A DNA stretch of 27,673 nt from Ginkgo biloba (taxonomy: Eukaryota > Plantae > Ginkgophyta), in NCBI GenBank assembly GCA_024626585.2, contig JANKJI020000004.1, positions 60,039,808 to 60,067,480 of the forward strand, given 5' to 3'. Both the position numbers and the translations under genes were made by a program. The notes beneath the pieces were generated by a model. It searched no databases, was not told the origin of the DNA, and was given only the letters and a program-made list of their open reading frames with translations. Each line of letters starts with the position of its first letter. The stretch's first letter is position 1. Of the stretch, positions 23,556-27,673 are shown one piece after another.

Positions 23556-23764
23556 TATTTATTAATATATTTAATTAATTAGCACATTAGTACATATATG
23601 TAAGCTAATATAGAATTTTTTTTATAGGTATATGGTTTATTTATTAGTATATTTAATTGATTGACACATTAGTACATATGTGAAAAGCTAATATATATCC
23701 ATTTTTATTATTTTGGGGTTTATTTATTAACATATTTTATTTATTGGCATATTAGTACATATGT
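23556..23764. repeat. AT-rich tandem repeat, ~82-83-bp unit, about 2.5 visible copies
   Basis: Units start at 23556, 23638 and 23721 (tatttattaRYatatttWattNattRRcaYattagtacatat...). The array abuts a gap, so more copies may exist. Confidence 0.8.
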
Positions 23765-24391
23765 AGATTTTATGCATATTTAATGCACAAGCATCATAGT
23801 AGCAATCTAATAGAGTGCATTATTTTGCAACAAGANNNNNNNNNNNNNNNNNNNNNNNNNNNNNNNNNNNNNNNNNNNNNNNNNNNNNNNNNNNNNNNNN
23901 NNNNNNNNNNNNNNNNNNNNNNNNNNNNNNNNNNNAACCATAGCTCCGTTTCTTATGCCGCTAACTTCGTTGTAAAGCTCTTTGAAAGCTATACAACTCT
24001 TTCCTTGAGGATTGTTAGCTCAAAAGTGACTACTTTCTTCCTAAATTCAGCTGCAAGTTGAGACTTCATGAAAAATTGACAGAAATTTAGCTGTGAACTA
24101 AAAGGGGAGACTTGGCACCATCGTGTCATGATTGAGTGAGAAGAAATTCCATTCAACAAATACCAATTTGGAGTTTTATTCCCCATGAGGGTTTCTCTTT
24201 TTAAAAATATTGTTGTCTCTGTGTAATAATTATGTGTATGTTTCAATTTCTTTAATTCTTAAATTTCTAGATTCAAGCAATGGGACTACATGCATAGTCT
24301 AGACATAGAGTTTTATTTGTTCATTGAAGTAAATTAATTAAAGAAATAATTTGTAATTATTTGCATTGGGATATTTTGATTCACCCACTGA

Positions 24392-25399
24392 GATACGAAT
24401 CACCTTTACTTCGTAAGCGATAAAGGTATCATTTTTGTGGTTGTCTTATGTGTTGATGATTTGATTTTAACTGAAAATGATGAGAACTTGATTGCTTGGC
24501 TTAAAGATGAACTTGTAAGAGAATTTAAAATGATTGATTTAGGTGAACTTCATTATTGTTTAGGCTTGGAAGTTAGACATCATTATGTCTAGATAGTGTT
24601 ATCACAAGCCAAGTATACTATTGAAACTTTAAAGATGTTTAAAATGGAGGATTATAAATCCATTTCTTTATCTATGGATCCATAATCAAAATTAAGAGTC
24701 GATGATGCAAGTAATGAGATTGATGTTTCTTTGTTTAGATAACTTGTTGGATGTATTATTTACTTATGTCATACTCGACATGATATTTATTATGTTGTGA
24801 ATACACTTAGCCAATTTATGCATTAACCTAAAGAATTTCATTGTCATGATGATAAAAGAATCCTCAAATATCTCAATGGCACTATATGTTATGATTTATC
24901 TTATGTTGAGTAGATTGACCTTTCATTGACTATATTTGTATCTTATAATTAGGATGGTGATGTTGACATAAGAAAATATACTTTAGGGTTTTTTTTCTCT
25001 TTTGGATCTAGCATTATTTCTTATAGCAACAAGAGGAAAAATTATGCTACTTTATCTTCAATAGAGGTAGAGTACATTATAGCAACTTCAGCTAGATATG
25101 AAGTTATTTAGATAAAGAAGCTCTTGTGTGAGCTACAAATTTTAGATGATTCCCCTACTTTGTTATATTGTTATAATCAATCATATTTAAAACTTTCTTC
25201 TAACCCTATATTTCATGATAGGACAAAACATATAGAGACCAAATATCACTTCCTTAGAGAACTTATAAGCAAAAGGGAGATTGAACTTGAGTATTGCTAA
25301 ACTAAAGATAAACTTGCCAATATTTTTACCAAGGCTTTATACAATCCTAAGAATGAGTACCTAATAAACTTGGTTTGTATAATTTTGACATTCAAATGA
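24392..25399 (+). mobile_element. Ty1/copia reverse transcriptase-RNase H remnant
   Basis: A single frame reads VVLCVDDLILT (decayed YVDD, 24449-24460), EFKMIDLGELHYCLGLEV, LSQAKY, TRHDI, KRILKYLNGT, LSSIEVEY, NPIFHDRTKHIETKYHFLRE, LANIFTKAL, with stop TGA at 25397-25399 and eight internal stops. Confidence 0.93.
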
Positions 25400-25429
25400 A
25401 TACTATAGATTCTACTCAGCAAATGACTC

Positions 25430-25742
25430 AAGAGGGAGTGTTAGAAGAGGGTGATCCTCATTCTTCCTAAAACCTCCTACCAACTTCTTATTGTTATTGC
25501 TCTAATAATATTTATTAATATTTTGAATTCTAATAAAAGGCAATGTAATCTCTAAGTAACTTAATTCTATATAAGTTACCAGATTCATGTGTGCATTAGA
25601 TATATTTTTAACTTATCATTTCTAGTGCTTGCATGAGTGCATGCATGTTTATCTAGTTTTTCTAGTACTTGCATGCATTTCTATTGCTTTCATGAGTGCA
25701 TGCATGCTTTTTCACTTTTTATCTTCATGCATGAATTTCTCA
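25430..25742 (+). mobile_element. Polypurine tract and 3' LTR of the copia element
   Basis: AAGAGGGAG (25430-25438) is immediately followed by TGTTAG at 25439. The right end (tttctCA, 25742) is inferred from where LINE RNase H similarity begins. Confidence 0.6.
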
Positions 25743-26608
25743 TAGGGCTATGTTCCTTATTTACCATTATTATCTTGCATGCTAAAGGAATAAATTCAAA
25801 TTTTTGCCTATGGGTTAAGTATAATGATAAATAATATAGTATAGTATGCAACTACAATCAAAGGTTTAAAACTTTCAAGGGACCTAGGGATCAAAAATAT
25901 CCTCCTCTAAGGAGACTTGAAGTTGGTCCTCAATTAAATTTTAAAGAATTAGAATATAATTCCTTGGCACCTTGAGGACCTCTTTGATGAATCCCAAATA
26001 TTTATAAGTTCCTTTTACCATCATACTCTCAATATTAGAAGATTCCATATTAGAATTTAGGGATAAACTGACCAATTTGAAGGAAATCATTCAATCTATG
26101 TCCTCATCCTAAATCCATATGATGCACGAGATTTCTCATTTAAACACTAAGGGGGATATTTTTAAATAATTGAATATCATAATTTCTAATCCCTCCTAGG
26201 CATATGAAGTAAATCCAGTGAACACCCTACTAAGAAATGCACTTACAATAATTAAACCAGGCCCTCAATTCAATAGCAATTAATTCCATCATATTCCTCC
26301 ACTTTCTTAAATTGTCTAATAGTTCTCCTTTTTTATTTAATTATGTTTAGTCTATTTCAAGTTTATCAAGTGTTAAGTTTTTTAGTTTTGATCTATTATG
26401 GATAGCAACAAACGTATCATCATTTTGGACCTACAAAAGTATCAAGTTTGGACTAACAAATGTTTTTATTAGTATATCCTATAGATGCATCAGTGTTTTG
26501 GAGTATTTCCAATCTATAAGCTGTATACTCATAGCTACTAAAGAATCCACCTATGTAACATTTTCACCTATAATATAATCCACTCTTTGCTTTTTGGCCA
26601 AAAAAAAA
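25743..26608 (+). mobile_element. Retroelement RNase H (RVT_3-type) remnant, probably the 3' end of a plant L1 LINE with an A9 tail
   Basis: FAYGLSIMINNIV*YATTIKGLKLSRDLGIKNILL*GDLKLVLN*ILK...PWHLEDLFDESQIFISSF matches GLG..TNN.AEY.AL..GL.LA...GI..L...GDS.LV.NQ. An A9 run lies at 26600-26608. Confidence 0.7.
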
Positions 26609-27673
26609 GGATATAAAGGAATTAAAGACTTTATGAATTTGAAATAATGCCTTTCTATTATTGTTGGAATGCACCGATAGGTATTACACCTATAATTTTT
26701 CATTCTTATCTCACTCAAAATTATAACACCCACAACAATATGAAAACTATATCCATTACCCCTTTTTATGTGTGTCCAAATAAGTTAATGAGGCAAGCAC
26801 CAAAAACTCTAGGTGGAATGTTTATCTGCATATCCTAACATCTATAGAAGAGTTATTATTTCCATTATCAAACATATTTTTTTTCATATTTAATTCCATA
26901 TGTATTTACTTTAATAAGAATAATATTATCAATAAACATAATAAATTCCCAGAGGAAAAAAAAAAAACTAAGGGAAAAAAAATAAGAGTTTAAAATTTAA
27001 GAAATGTATTGAGTTAAGATATAAAATGTGTTTTTAACTTTTAATAACATGCTTGATAATATAAATTGTACTGTGCATCCATATTAATAATAACACATAT
27101 AGAATCATCAAATAATAAAAATGAATAGATTTAAATTTGAGTTGAAGAACATCAAAACATGGCAATATAAGGAATTTTTAAAATTTTCTATATTAATAAT
27201 ATGAAACTATGAATTTGTAGTTTTGTATTATAACACATAATCACTTAAAAATGTATATACTTAAAATGAATATGGTGTTAGATTATAAACAAATTATATT
27301 GGGAAAAAAAAAAATTGAGTGGAAGGATGTAAAGAATTTATGAAGTTCTAATGGATGGATGGATGTACATAATGGATGGACATATACAGGTAGTTTTATG
27401 GTTCTAGGTATATTTTTATGGTAGATATAATAATAATATGTGAAAGTATGTTCCACAAATTATATGGAATGGTTACAAACTTAAAATGAATAGATATGGA
27501 ATCATGATTCGATGAAAAAAAATTGTTATATTTAAAATATTATATAGGTATGTGCATTTATATGCTTTTACATATAAAATGCAATAATATAAATTTAATA
27601 CCTAAATAAAAAAACTAAGGAGCAAAATTTAATACTTAAAAATTTTAATAAATCTATAAATTAAAAAATTAAT

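Overview
AT-rich, CpG-depleted eukaryotic nuclear DNA from a land plant, probably a seed plant. The retroelement types look gymnosperm-like, but that is an inference. The assembly is a fragmented draft with 16 N-gaps, most of them 100-N placeholders. There is one apparently intact host gene: a five-exon NRT1/PTR family (NPF4.3/4.4-type) transporter on + (13743 to beyond 16089, stop codon lost in a gap), with unusual residues in TM1 and TM10. A truncated, disabled PEPR1/INRPK1-like LRR receptor kinase 5' fragment lies on - (2720-3146). Most of the rest is decayed retroelement debris: Ty3/gypsy RNaseH-integrase and protease/RT, Ty1/copia gag and RT-RNaseH with PPT/LTR, and two or three LINE 3' ends. 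The most notable unexplained items are (i) an array of seven 22-bp self-palindromic units about 0.5 kb upstream of the NPF start, (ii) an orphan CpG-rich, hairpin-rich ~240-bp island at 19690-19927, and (iii) strong non-CG C-to-T decay of the retroelements. I see no evidence for a prokaryote-type system such as CRISPR or an operon, and I cannot claim a demonstrably new system from sequence alone.
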